Position numbers and translations under genes: made by a program | The notes under the pieces: model-generated | Seen by the model: only the letters and a program-made list of their open reading frames with translations | Database searches by the model: none | What the model was told of the DNA's origin: nothing | Part shown: in pieces, positions 52,939 through 64,000 of the stretch | Layout of the letters: every line of letters begins with the position of its first letter | How positions within the stretch are numbered: position 1 is the first letter of the stretch | NCBI GenBank assembly: GCA_973895155.1 | Contig: OZ316893.1 | Span: forward strand, 13,098,359 to 13,162,358 | Origin: Marsupella aquatica | Taxonomy: Eukaryota > Plantae > Marchantiophyta | Length of the DNA: 64,000 nucleotides | Direction of reading: 5' to 3'

Positions 52939-55137
52939 CTAGCCTTGTTGTTCTGCAGATTGCCTTCCATCGCCACACAGAGTCTCCTCCACCAGATCAC
53001 TGTGCTCATTTGGAGCCCGTTGTCCTGGAGACACATGTGCTGATTTCTTGTCGCTAACAAGATCGCCATATCCGACTGGAACCCTCAGCCTCTCAAACAC
53101 AGGGACAGAAATATTCTCAGGGACGCCAGAAGTGGCAGTCTTCGCTTTTGTAAAACTATCATCAGGACAGAGTGAGGGTACAGGCACCACAGCAGCTTCC
53201 CCCACATCTTCTTTCTTTTTTATCCCCTCCACCCAAGCATTCTGAAGATGGATCGCTGAAAGCGAAGAATTGTCCGTCTGAGGACCCTCAATCACATCCA
53301 GAAATTCTTTGGCTGGTCTGAGTAGCTGCCGTGACCGACTTATTTGCTTTCTTGGAGCCTCTGGCCCAGAAAAGTCCCCTTCTTTCCCAGTCACCTTCTG
53401 CCGTTTTTTGTCGACGGGTTCATCCACATCCATTCTGTTTCGCTTCAGAGATTCCTTGGCTTTCTTGTCCTTCTGTTTCTGTCACAACAGAGGGTCCAGT
53501 ATTTGAGTGTATGCTACAACTTAAGCACAATAAAGAATATTATTGGAAAGATTTCATATTGACGGAGTGCAACTCAGAGGTAAAACATATCGTCCTCGGA
53601 GTTAACGCCATGCTGAAGACTCAAAGAACAAGATTAAGGATCAGAGCAAAGGTGTGCACACATACTTGCACTTCATTGCCTTGGGACATGATAGCCTTGT
53701 ACACAGCTGGCTGAACCCGGCTACGCAATATATTCCACATCACTCCTCCTGGTGTGCGTCGGCGCTTGCCATCAATTGTCATTTGCCCTCCACATCTCTC
53801 TATCACATCTACCTGCATGAATGAATGAGGGGCGAATTAAGCAGGTCCAAGGTTAAGAGCAGTAGAGCCATCTTGAAATTCTTAGGTTGAAGAAATATCG
53901 ACACCGTATGCAGAGCTCGCATAAGGAGTTCGGCGAAAGACTAGCAGACTTCTGTCAACTAACTTAATAAAAAATGAAATTAAAACTAAATTGTCAATAT
54001 GTAGCAAGACAAGTCTCTCCAGATTTGCATACCTCCTTAATTAGATCTCGAACACCATCGACACCTAGGTTCTTAACAGCTGCCCACACTAGTGGATATT
54101 TTTTCTCTTGCAAGTATTTGCATGTTTCCTGAACAAACCTTCAGAACAGAGGAAGGCATTCAAAGTCAGAGCCAACTTGTCAAAGAATACCACAATCTCT
54201 GCTCAAAACTGCAGAGATGTACACCAATTCAACACACCAAATTTCACACACAACTGAGAAAGTGGTGAAGCAACTACGGCAGTGAAAAATCAGGCTGTTA
54301 TTGAGACTCACCGGGCTACATTGACGCCCTTGGATCGCTTACGAGAACGCTTGCCGTTGAGTTTCTTCGGCTGAGGAGGTAGTGTAACTTCTTTATCCAG
54401 GCCAGACTCAACTGTCGCAAGGATAAAAGGCTATTACCACAGGTACAAAACAAATGCACCAGAGCGGAATGCCAGTGTAGGGAAGTACAAGCTCGGTCGT
54501 TAACGTAACAAAGGGCATGTAGTTAAAATTTCTATCCACAAGTTGGTATAGGTCAACACACACTAATCCCAATTCAAGACAAGAAGCGAATGAATCGTCC
54601 AAAGACATGAAATGGTCTCATCAGAGTGTAGCAATATATGCACTAATTGTGGGCATGACCCTCTGTACCACACTTTCAAAAGTCAACAGTCTATTTATTG
54701 CAAATCTCGAGTTCGTCCAATAGTCTCAATGAGAAGGTCATGACGAAGATGAAACAAAACCCTGATTATAAATCCTGGCTGTTTCTTGTTCCAAACAAGA
54801 CCAATCTTCGTAGATTACACTATCGCAGTGGCTGCTTCCTCTTCATTCACATGATACGAAACATTGCGTTCCCTTCTCGACTCGCTAACCCTAAACCCTA
54901 AACCCTAACTACCAAATCCACCGAAACGAATTTGTTACCATTGGCTTGCTGATCATCACGAAAACCAACGTAAGGAGGCTCGTCTGCAAGGATCTCTCCT
55001 TCTTCAGGACGCACGCTCCGCCCATCAAAGGTATCAACATCCATCTGCTCATCCTCAGCCAGTTCCCCCTCCTCGAGTTCAGCATCGGAGAGACCGTCTT
55101 CAAAGATAGCATCCAACGCTGTCTCATGAAATGCCAT
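52939..55137 (-). CDS. PHAX: PHAX (phosphorylated adaptor for RNA export) RNA-binding domain protein, 5 exons
   Basis: Acidic N-terminus ELEEGEL; FVQETCKYLQEKKYPLVWAAV..LG...VRDLIKE|VDVIERCGGQMTIDGKRRRTPGGVMWNILR. GT-AG junctions keep frame. Confidence 0.9.
54886..54908. promoter_or_regulatory. Telo-box / interstitial AAACCCT repeats in PHAX intron 1
   Basis: TAACCCTAAACCCTAAACCCTAA. Confidence 0.65.
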
Positions 55138-55446
55138 GGCACAGGGTGAACCCGAGGCCTCAAATTACCACGTGACCTGGAGCTTCTGAGTGCTCCCAAA
55201 AACCCTTTCGCTACATCATATTGGTGAGGTAGCTTGCAGGCTCAGTGTACATATTGTGCATCGAGCTTCACCTGTGAGTCGAGGTTTTTATAGATACTTT
55301 CAAGAGCAAGGCTGCCTTTGAGTCGAGGTTTTTATAGATACTTCAAAGAGCAAGGCTGCCTGTGAGAGCGAGCACATATGCAGCTACAGTACGTTATACA
55401 CCCGGGAAAACAGCCTACCAAATCAGCAGATCTCATCGATGACAAT

Positions 55447-56289
55447 AAAGTTATCCTTAATGTAAAGGGGCCAAACTCAAGGCCAGAGTCCCTATTTGGT
55501 CTTTTAAGTGAGTTTCCTTAAACTCTCCTAAAGTTCCCTTGTAAGAACCGAGTTAAGTAAATAAGCAGGTGAGTTAAACCACACCTGCCCCTATAAAGAG
55601 CTACGGGCAACCCGTCGCTCTCATTCTGAAGAGTACAAGTTCAGAAATGGGCTTTGAGCTCCACAAAAGGTGCTGACTGCAAAAGCTTTTTTTGACAAGT
55701 ACTCCACGAAAGGTGCTAGTGTTCCTCCTTTTATGGTGAGTAGTGAGCCATGGAATGAGGCTTTTATAGTGGCAGGTGTGGTTTAAGAGAGTTAACCTCC
55801 CACTTGAGTTAGAAGATACCCGATGGAGGCAAGGATGGAGCGATGGAGGAACCAAAGCTGGGCTGCAGTGCTCAGCAGCTCGAAGCTATGGAGGGCTGGG
55901 CAATGTCGGGCCTGAGCAGCAGCGATGGAGGCACAATCAGGGGCACGATGCAGTGTGGAGCAATGGAGGCAAGGAAGCTAGGCAGTGCTCGATCAGCAGC
56001 TTGAAGCTATGGAGGGCTTGAGCAATGTCGGGCCTGAGCAGGAAGGCACGATGCAACATTGGAGGCACGATGGGCCTGGGCAGGAAAGAGCAGAACGTCC
56101 TGGCACTAACTCACGGCTGACACTAACTCGCGGTGAGAAGGGCCCGACACTGTTGGAAGGACAAAAAATGGGATTCACCCTGTTTCTCGCCCCTGAGTAC
56201 TTGAAGTTTCCATTTAAGTTAACTCACCCTTTAATTTAGGTACAAGTCACGACCAGTCGCCCTTAATCACTCACATTGCGGATAACTTT
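55447..56289. mobile_element. MITE-like element with ~17-bp TIRs
   Basis: AAAGTTATCCTTAATGT / ACATTGCGGATAACTTT, flanked by AAT...AAT (or TA...TA). Internal 24-bp inverted repeat (~55574-55597 / ~55762-55786) and an internal direct duplication. Confidence 0.7.
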
Positions 56290-56742
56290 AATATAGAGTT
56301 ATGGAACCAGATTAGTACCAGCATTTCACCCAAGTTCAGGGTGAGTTGTGTTTGACACGGACATCACCTACTAGGTGTAAGATAGGTGAGTGAACTTGAG
56401 TTTTTTGCCTCCACGAGGTGCTTTACCTTAAACCAGCATTAAACCACTACTCTCCACCAGGTTATGGGAGTACCAAAAAAGGGCACTCTTTTACTTTTTT
56501 GAGTACATTTTTGGTTTATTTTAGCAACCTGGATCCAACAGGTATTGCTTCCGGGACAGTGGAGCTTTGAGAGCACTCCACCAGTCTGCTATTGGGCCTG
56601 GCTGGGAGTGACTTTGGTGGGACCAGCCTGTGGGCCCAGTTTCTTAACTTTGACGTTGAAGACGGGAGGTTTTTCCCTCCCAAGGCCATCAGTTTAGGCC
56701 GCCAGTCTTGTGAAAGGGTTGAAAATTACTGTAGCATCATCA

Positions 56743-57458
56743 TCTAATAATGCGCAATCAAAGTCTATGGAAGACACAACATCTTTTTTTCTCAACGACC
56801 TCTTTTCTCTCAATGACCTTTTGGGCGACACGACATCTTTTCTTTCAACTACCTCTTGGCCAACACAACATCTTTTTTCTCAATGACATCTTGGCCAACA
56901 AAACATCTTTTCTCTCAACTGTTAGGATTTACTCTTAGGTCTAGAGTTACGAATGTACCATAGTTAAGGCTAACCTTAGTCGCAGACTTGGTTAGGTTAG
57001 TCATGCTGTGCACACTCTATAACCAAGCAGTGTTTGCTTGGAGAGGGGGAACTCAGGCTCATTGTTACGGAGCTAGTTGAGAGATAGAGAGAGCTTGCGC
57101 TGTGGATGTTTGGTATGGCCGGTCGGCCTAGAGTGCAGTAAAGCTCATGTGTGTTCCCGTGGATGTAGCCTCATGTGGAGGTGAACCACGTATCTCCCTG
57201 TGTCGACTCTTGTGCGTTGGATGGTTCATGGGCTTGCCGTTGCGATTGTCGTCTATGCTCAACATCAACGACCTCTTGGGCGACACTACATCTTTACTCT
57301 CAACGACCTCTTGGCCAACACAACATCTTTCCTCTCAACGACCTCTTGGGCGACACAACATCTTTTCTCTCCACGACCTCTTGGCTGACACGACATCATT
57401 TTTTCTCAACGACATCTTGGCGGACACAACTTTGTGCAACGCACGGGTATTGAGCTAG
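56743..57458 (+). mobile_element. Non-autonomous Helitron
   Basis: A|TCTAATAATGCGCAATC... 5' end. 3' end TTTGTGCAACGCACGGGTATTGAGCTAG|T (subterminal hairpin remnant plus CTAG). AT target with no TSD. Internal CAACGACCTCTTGG repeats. Confidence 0.88.
56920..57264. mobile_element. Solo LTR, 345 bp, nested in the Helitron
   Basis: TGTTAG...CTCAACA termini. 5-bp TSD TCAAC at 56915-56919 and 57265-57269. Confidence 0.92.
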
Positions 57459-57461
57459 TCA

Positions 57462-58742
57462 TCCAATAATGCGCAATCAAAGTCTACTGTGCATGATCTA
57501 CTTTGTAGAGTGAAGCTGTAGGCCATAATTGGTCTGGAAACAGAAAATTTTGACACTTAGACTATGTTTGTGAATAGGGATGAGCATGAAACTTTGGGTG
57601 TGGGGAGCCCCATGTGTGTTTAATACCCTGCATGATTTTTCTCCTTGTCAATTTTTGTGACCTTAAGGAGAAGAATGCACAGTCCAGATTTGGATTGGGG
57701 ACTTAGGAAACTTAACCTATTCTTTTACTATAAGACAGTAAACATAAAAATTTATAAGGCTGCATTAAGGCCCTATTGCAAGTGCCCAGAGAGGCATGAC
57801 TTTGTGGTAGCTCACTTGAGTAAAGATTGATAGGTCTTGGGTTCAACTATCGTGGCTTACTCTTCCCTTTGTGTGGGGTTTCACAGATTTCCCTTAAAAA
57901 AAAAGGCCCTATTGCAAGTGAATAGCCCCTAAAATTGGTAAGGCTTTATTAAGGCCCTTTTGCAAGTGAATAGCCCCTCAAAACTATAGCTAAACTCCTC
58001 GTTTGTAGGGCCATTGTGGTCCATAATGGCCTGCTACCAGGCTTCACTATGTATTTAATGCCCTTCATGGTTTTTCTGTTTGTAATAAGGAGAATGCACA
58101 GTCCAGATTTAGACTGGGGATTATGAAACTTTCTCTTCTGCTCTAACTAAAGAATAAGAAGAAGAAAAATCTGTTAGGCTATTAATTGACTGAACAAAAT
58201 TTTTGTTGATGTGATGGGGTGGGGGGGGGGGGCATGACAATGGCCCTAGAGCACATTGTAGAATATGGCCCCCTAACGTATTCCAAACCATATTTTTCAG
58301 CCAATTGTGATCAGATAAGCTTGGCCACGGGCCTGGTTGTAGTAACTGGTAACGCCCCCAGTTAGAAGTCTCATAGCCCCTCCAAGCTCAAAGTTAACCG
58401 GGCGTTTCAAAGCTTGATATTGCCGACGATGGCTTTTTGGCCAGAAACAAACGACCATAGCTTGTTGTTTGTTTTTTTCACTAACCTCTACATTTATTTA
58501 TGCTCGTGGCACATGACCAATCTTTTTGGCAAAAACTTATGTATCATAAACTTGGGAGTCCATGACTTTTTCTGTCAATAACATTACTAAGTTAAAGTCC
58601 CATCAAAATTCTGGGACCCCCTAATAAACCCCTCGTTTTCCTAGGCGTTATGGCCCATAACACCCTGTTGCCACCAGACCATAACGCTTTACCAGAGCGT
58701 TACGTTACTCTATCCATAATCAAGCAGTGGCATTCTGGCTAG
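57462..58742 (+). mobile_element. Second non-autonomous Helitron; 3' end tentative
   Basis: A|TCCAATAATGCGCAATCAAAGTCTA is 24/25 identical to the 5' end at 56743. Candidate 3' end GTGGCATTCTGGCTAG|T at 58742. Confidence 0.6.
57785..57902 (+). mobile_element. Short tRNA-derived SINE-like insertion
   Basis: A-box-like TAGCTCACTTG, B-box-like GGTTCAACT, A-tail, and an 18-bp TSD AAGGCCCTATTGCAAGTG (57767-57784 and 57903-57920). Confidence 0.72.
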
Positions 58743-59128
58743 TTTTTGCCTAAAATAAGTGGGCAAGTAGCTCCAGAAATCGAGGGCCCGCCATCATGTC
58801 ATGTGTCTGTCTGCTGGCTCTGTTCTGCTCTCGACTCGAGTGCCTGCCTGCCCACCGTGCAAGGACGAATTTGTGGCCCAAAGAGTTCTCTCATCTGCTT
58901 GGTTCTGTTGTGACTTGCTCTGTTCTGTTCTGCTTGGCTTGGCTTGGCTTTGCTCTGCTCGTTGTCACTGCAATTCATGGTTTGCTGAAGTCTTCATTTG
59001 GCGACGTTTTAGAAGCATCCAGAAAATCTCGGTCAGAAAAGAAGACTGGTATTGTGATCAGTCGTCATTCATTGGCATCGAGAGCGAGAGGAGAGAGAGG
59101 AGAGAGAGCGAGAGTGTCATTCGTTGGC

Positions 59129-59131
<3 letters not shown>

Positions 59132-59176
<45 letters not shown>
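59132..59176. repeat. (GA)n microsatellite in the 5' region of the fibrillin gene
   Basis: About 22 AG units. Confidence 0.95.
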
Positions 59177-59181
<5 letters not shown>

Positions 59182-59821
59182 CTAATTGGGTCAGTATTCT
59201 ACAGCTCTGGGAGGAGGAGTACCATCGTCAGTCGGAGTGAAGTCTTCGGGGTCTCCTTGAAATTGGGTAATTGGTTGATTGCTATTCATTTTGTGCCTTC
59301 TTCTCTCGTTTCCGCCAGCCTTGCTTTGCGTTGGAATTTGGTTTTGTATATGGAGTGCTGTGATAGGACTTTGGTTGTTCTTTTGAATTCACCAGAATAG
59401 AATTCAAGGCCAGGCGCAAGGCAAGGCAGGATTCCGGCCCCCGCAGTGGATGCTGCGTACAAGGGGAGCATTGAGAAGGCATTGCTGAGAGTCGCTGTGC
59501 CCCTCTGATGGTTCGGCTAGCGTAAGTTTCTGCTTGGACTTGATCTCCTGCACTTTTCTGTTGCCATTCAGTCGCCTACCATTTTTTATATTTGCGTGAG
59601 TAAAGTCCTGTTCTTTCTTTCTGTCACTCCACAGGTCTGTCTGTCTGTCCTTGATCTTCATCAAGCAAGTTAGCCATTGAGGGGGACTAGCGTTCTCAGC
59701 CAAACTTCTCACAGGGCGGCATTCAGACCGGACAAGTCCAGCATTTGTGCACTGTCTACGGTAAGGCAGCAGGCAAGCAGGCAGGCTTGCGTGCGCGCCC
59801 TGCCGTTTTGGACACACAGCC

Positions 59822-62613
59822 ATGGCGACCACTAGTGCCCACATTGCATTGGGTGGAGCGGTGATTTCCAGCCCAAGAAGCACCATGAGTTGCAGTAGCA
59901 ATAGTCTGGTGCCCATCTCATCGACATCGTCGTCTTCTTCTTCCCTGCCAATTCGCTTGAGGACCCATACTTTGCCGCGCGATGGTGTAGACATTAATGG
60001 ACTTTGCAGAAGTGGGTCTTCGAAATTGTACCACACCGGCAAATCCGTTGCTGAATGCTGGAGGTGGACGAAAACCGTTGATAGGAGAGGAAGAGGATGG
60101 AGTGTGAGAGCGCAAGCGGGATCTTCAGCAATGGTGGCCAAAGAGATGGAGCGTGTGGCCGCCAAGGAAGCACTTATTCTCTCAGTGAGTCATTTCTCAT
60201 TCATTCAATCAATCAAGGCAGTGAACACCGTCCCCCTGGTTAATTCAGATTTCATTTGCTATGCATAGCCTAGCCTGGATTGCTTGCTTCATAGGACTTC
60301 TATCTAGCCACACGTTGGAGACACATTTATTCGCTCCCAATATTCCAACCAACATTACTGACTAGAGCTTTAGTGGTGTAGCTCTTGTTCTGATTGTCTG
60401 TATCTAAATACCCCAATTCATCTGGTGCCCGTGGTTCCAAATTTTGGGGATTATCGGCGCTGAAGTATATTAGCTTGCTTTGCTGAGACAACGTTGCCTT
60501 AATACTGTGCAGATAAAAGATGCTGGGGGTTTAAAGGGTTTGTCGGATCCGGTTGCTAATGACAAGGCAAAAATAGACGTCAATGAGAAAATCCTCAATT
60601 TGGAACGTTTGAACCCAACCCCTAGGCCGACTACGTAAGTCTTATGACCTCCCATGTCTCCAGTGGGGAATTTATTTGGTTTTCTGGGAATGAGATACTT
60701 TTCAACTTCTAGTCTGGATGTACCTGTCTAAAAGAAAAAGTGACTGATTGGGGGCCCGTTTATCTGCTCCACTATATATGCCAGTAGAGAGGCCCAGATT
60801 TAGTTCTCGGGCTAATGAGGGCACGGATTGGGCGTTCAGGTCTCCAGTTTTGGAAGGGCTTTGGCAATTTGAATGGGCTGGAGCGCAAAGTCCTGGTATT
60901 GTGGCAGCAAGGACCCTCCTTGGGTGAGTCCTCGTTTACTTCGTACCTGGTTTAGATGAGAAACATGAAAGGAATCTGGAAAGACTAAAGGCTTCTGAAC
61001 TTTGTCCAGTCGAGGAACTTCCTTATCTTTGCGACAGTTCTATTTCTCATCTGATTCGAATTGTTTAGCTCCTCATTGAGACTCTTGCTCTCAATACATA
61101 CTTTGTCCTATAGGAGGTATTGTATGATCCCACTTCCTTCACACGTGTGCATATCGTTTTTCCCGGCCATAGTTCCTGAGGCGTCTTTTTAAGACATGTG
61201 GAGGAGATCACTGGCCTAGAGAAAGCTCACTCGCCGTTTCTATTGATCACAACAAATATTTTGGTCGCGTACCTTGGACTGCGCCTGGAATATGACTGAT
61301 GGTTTTGCTCTGCTCCTAAATTTCAGGAGATTCCCAGCTGCGCTAGCTTCAATCGATTCGCTTACTCTTCTCATTCTGGATGGCAGTGCCCAGGCCAGAG
61401 GGTTTCTAAAAATCTTCAACACGGTTAGTTTGATCAAGGGATTCCCTTTTGGATTGGTCTACTAGTGTTTGAAACGAGTATCAACACAAGTCATAGAACC
61501 GTGAGGGCCTCAGCCAGTGTCAGTTGTTTGTAACAATAAATCAGTTGGTCCGTCGGCAGCATGGAGGGGTCTTCCAGTCACTTATTCTGGCCACCCTCTT
61601 TGTGTAGCTTAACAAATATCAGCACGGGTCCAAGCTACTCTCGTAGTTTGTCGGGGCAGAAACACCTTTGGTAACTGTCACGTGTATGAAGCAAGTGATT
61701 GACTGCTAGGGTCTGGGCTCTAATTTTTGGGTAGGTCTGTCAATTGTTGTTCATCAAGCAAGTCATTTTTGGCTGTGCAGGTTGAGAGTAGCTTCACGCT
61801 GGTTACAAAACTCACCGCAGTAGGATCATTGAGATTGAAAGAAGAGTATGTGGAGGGTCTCTTTTCTTCACCAACAGTACCGGACGGCACCATTCCACCA
61901 CAATTCAAGGGAGTGTTTGATCAAATTGTTTCGACTGTTCAGAGACTTCCAGATGCAATAAAGCAAGCTCTCAACGGTGGAGTTAAAATTCCCCTAAGTA
62001 TGTGGCTCGCTCTCTCATTTAGGCATGTGGATGATCTGTTTGGTTTGCTCTTCTTTCTTCGATTGATATTCTCTTGTTTCTGCCTATGTATGCCCATATG
62101 GCCCTTACAACCGAAAACCCGTGACAGCTAATGGATTTTTCGCTTTGATCAGCTGGCACATTCTCCAGGGAGCTGATAATTTCATATTTAGATGAAGAAG
62201 TAATGGTACGTAATCCATTCCATCATTCTGTGAACTTCCTTCTCCCGACCTAAACCCCGACCTTTCGAGTCATGCTGTCCGCTTTCTACCATTCAGTCTT
62301 TTACCCGTAGGTTGGATGCTGAACATGCATGTAACTATTCTCTTGTCGTCTCTCAATTGGTTCAATGAACTCCGTTCATGTGGAGGTTTGCTCTGTTCGG
62401 GAACCTCACCACCTCTTGCAGTGCATCTCTAGCAGAGCCATCTTGGGAATGCTTGTGTTGCGTTTCACTGTCTTCTCTAACTGGGACCATTTCCTTCTGG
62501 TCGCTGTGCAGGTTGCCAGAGATAAGTCAGGGGTACCTGACGTTTTGCTGCGCTTGGACAACCCTGTAATGGATAGATCTGCCGATTTGATTGTCCCTGA
62601 ATATATGAGCTGA
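59822..62613 (+). CDS. FBN7: Plastid-lipid-associated protein / fibrillin, FBN7 type
   Basis: EMERVAAKEAL...IKDAGG...IDVNEKI..LERLNPTPRPTTSP.LEG.W.FEW.G..SPG...GSLRLKEEYVEG...ISYLDEE...RD..GVPDVL. Exons 59822-60184, 60513-60634, 60840-60923, 61327-61423, 61781-61997, 62153-62205, 62512-62613. Confidence 0.93.
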
Positions 62614-63322
62614 TAATTGTGTCCAAGGTTTTGACTACAGTGAAGGTTTGCAGAGTATAGTTTTGTTGGCACCTATGTCCAAGCACTGGTTCTCTGTAAG
62701 GTTTTTGTGCCTTGATTGAAAGTGGCAGTGGAGTGGAGTGTACAGTCATATTGACAAAGGTTCAAGCAGTTCTGTTGCATGTGATGAGAATTCTCTTCGA
62801 CTCCTTCCGTCTTCGCAATGCATTGGTTCCTTTGTGAGCATACTCCTTGTGGTAGACTATGACAGTGTGTTGCACAAAAGAGTTTCATTCAGCTCCACTA
62901 CTTCGGAAATTCTGATCATGGCTAGATTTTAACCATGCCCAAGGCTGATGAACGTCACGACATTTCTCATATCCCCTTCACAGTGTGGCAGGAATGTTCC
63001 ACTATTTGGAGGCACCCCCCTCACTTGCAACTCTTTGGACATTTTGTGTTATCATCAAAAAACTAGAATCAGTTACCGTAAACCAATCAGGTGATGGCAT
63101 ATGTCATTCTTGAACTTTATACACCTTCGTGATGTGGTTCGACAAGAACAGGACCAAGTTTCCAAAGAGGGGCAAGAAAAGTAGAATGGAGTAAAAACAA
63201 AAGACTTCCAGAGAGTACCAACACTAAACTCAAAGAAATAACATATGCAATCCTAGGAAAGAAGAGAATGTAAGAGATGAAAAGCAACTACTACAAGTGT
63301 GACACCCTGATGGTTCACCCTG

Positions 63323-63503
63323 TGTTTTGATGATCTAATGTATTAATTAAGTGGGATATGACCTCACATGCATTTTTGGGTGCATTACAAAGAAAAGCCT
63401 TGTAATCTTAGGGTGTTTTGATGATCTAATGTATTAATTAAGTGGGATATGACCTCACATGCATTTTTGGGTGCATTACAAAGAAAAGCCTTGTAATCTT
63501 AGG
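63323..63503. repeat. ~90-bp tandem duplication
   Basis: GTGTTTTGATGATCTAATG...CTTGTAATCTTAGG x2. Confidence 0.92.
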
Positions 63504-64000
63504 GGAAGACATGGCTGGCCTGCAGTAATGCCACATAAAGCACTTATACATGCTATATATGCATATGAGCTTTTTTCTAACCTGTCCCCCAAAACTACCC
63601 TTATTATTATCTTGTCCCCAAACAAAATTAATTATCAAGTTGCCCTCCATTTTATGTATGGGCTAGTATTAACTCAAGACTGGGTTTGCATTGCCACATG
63701 CAAGTCAGCATTGGCTAGCCTTAACCTGCTGCTACCTCCCCTCGGCCCCATTCCACATCGCTGGGCACAATCAGAGGCCTGGGAGGGGCAAAAACACATC
63801 ATTTTTGCTCCAAACTCCTCTGACTGTCTCGACCCTCATTTTACTCAAGAAGATGCACAAAAACCTGCATTTTTTTTTGCATCATTGCTTTTTCACGCAA
63901 GAAGACACCAAATACTGCCATATTTTATTTTGCTCAGGAAAGAAGTAGATCGAGCCAAATGGGGAGGGCACAGTTGGCCTAAGATGCAGCTTGATATGTG

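Noticed and set aside
58796-60165. ORFs 58796-59185, 58801-59400 and 59404-60165
   Set aside because: They span the (GA)n leader or run antisense to FBN7 exon 1 and show no domain signal.

Overview
Eukaryotic nuclear DNA with spliceosomal GT-AG introns, from a land plant. A bryophyte-grade or other seed-free lineage is my inference from gene style and a ciliary-type NEK, and is not proven. The left end (<1-6351, - strand) is a multi-exon Helitron Rep/PIF1-helicase gene that appears recently inactivated. Host genes: tRNA-Ser(GCT), a plantacyanin carrying a miR408 site, a small conserved hypothetical gene, a microbial-looking SDR, an intronless plastid-type RRM protein, isopropylmalate isomerase large subunit (LeuC, 14 coding exons), an atypical NIMA-related kinase, a PHAX-domain protein and an FBN7-type fibrillin. 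The intergenic DNA holds many small mobile elements: two solo LTRs of one family with perfect TSDs, adjacent non-autonomous Helitrons, a TSD-flanked SINE, a MITE, a foldback element with tRNA-like Pol III boxes in both arms, a mitochondrial trnY fragment and several minisatellites. I see no unequivocal new multi-gene system. The best candidates for follow-up are the Pol III-bearing foldback element, the symmetric-exon N-terminal extension of the Helitron, the degenerate NEK and the possibly horizontally acquired SDR. All exon boundaries were read by eye.
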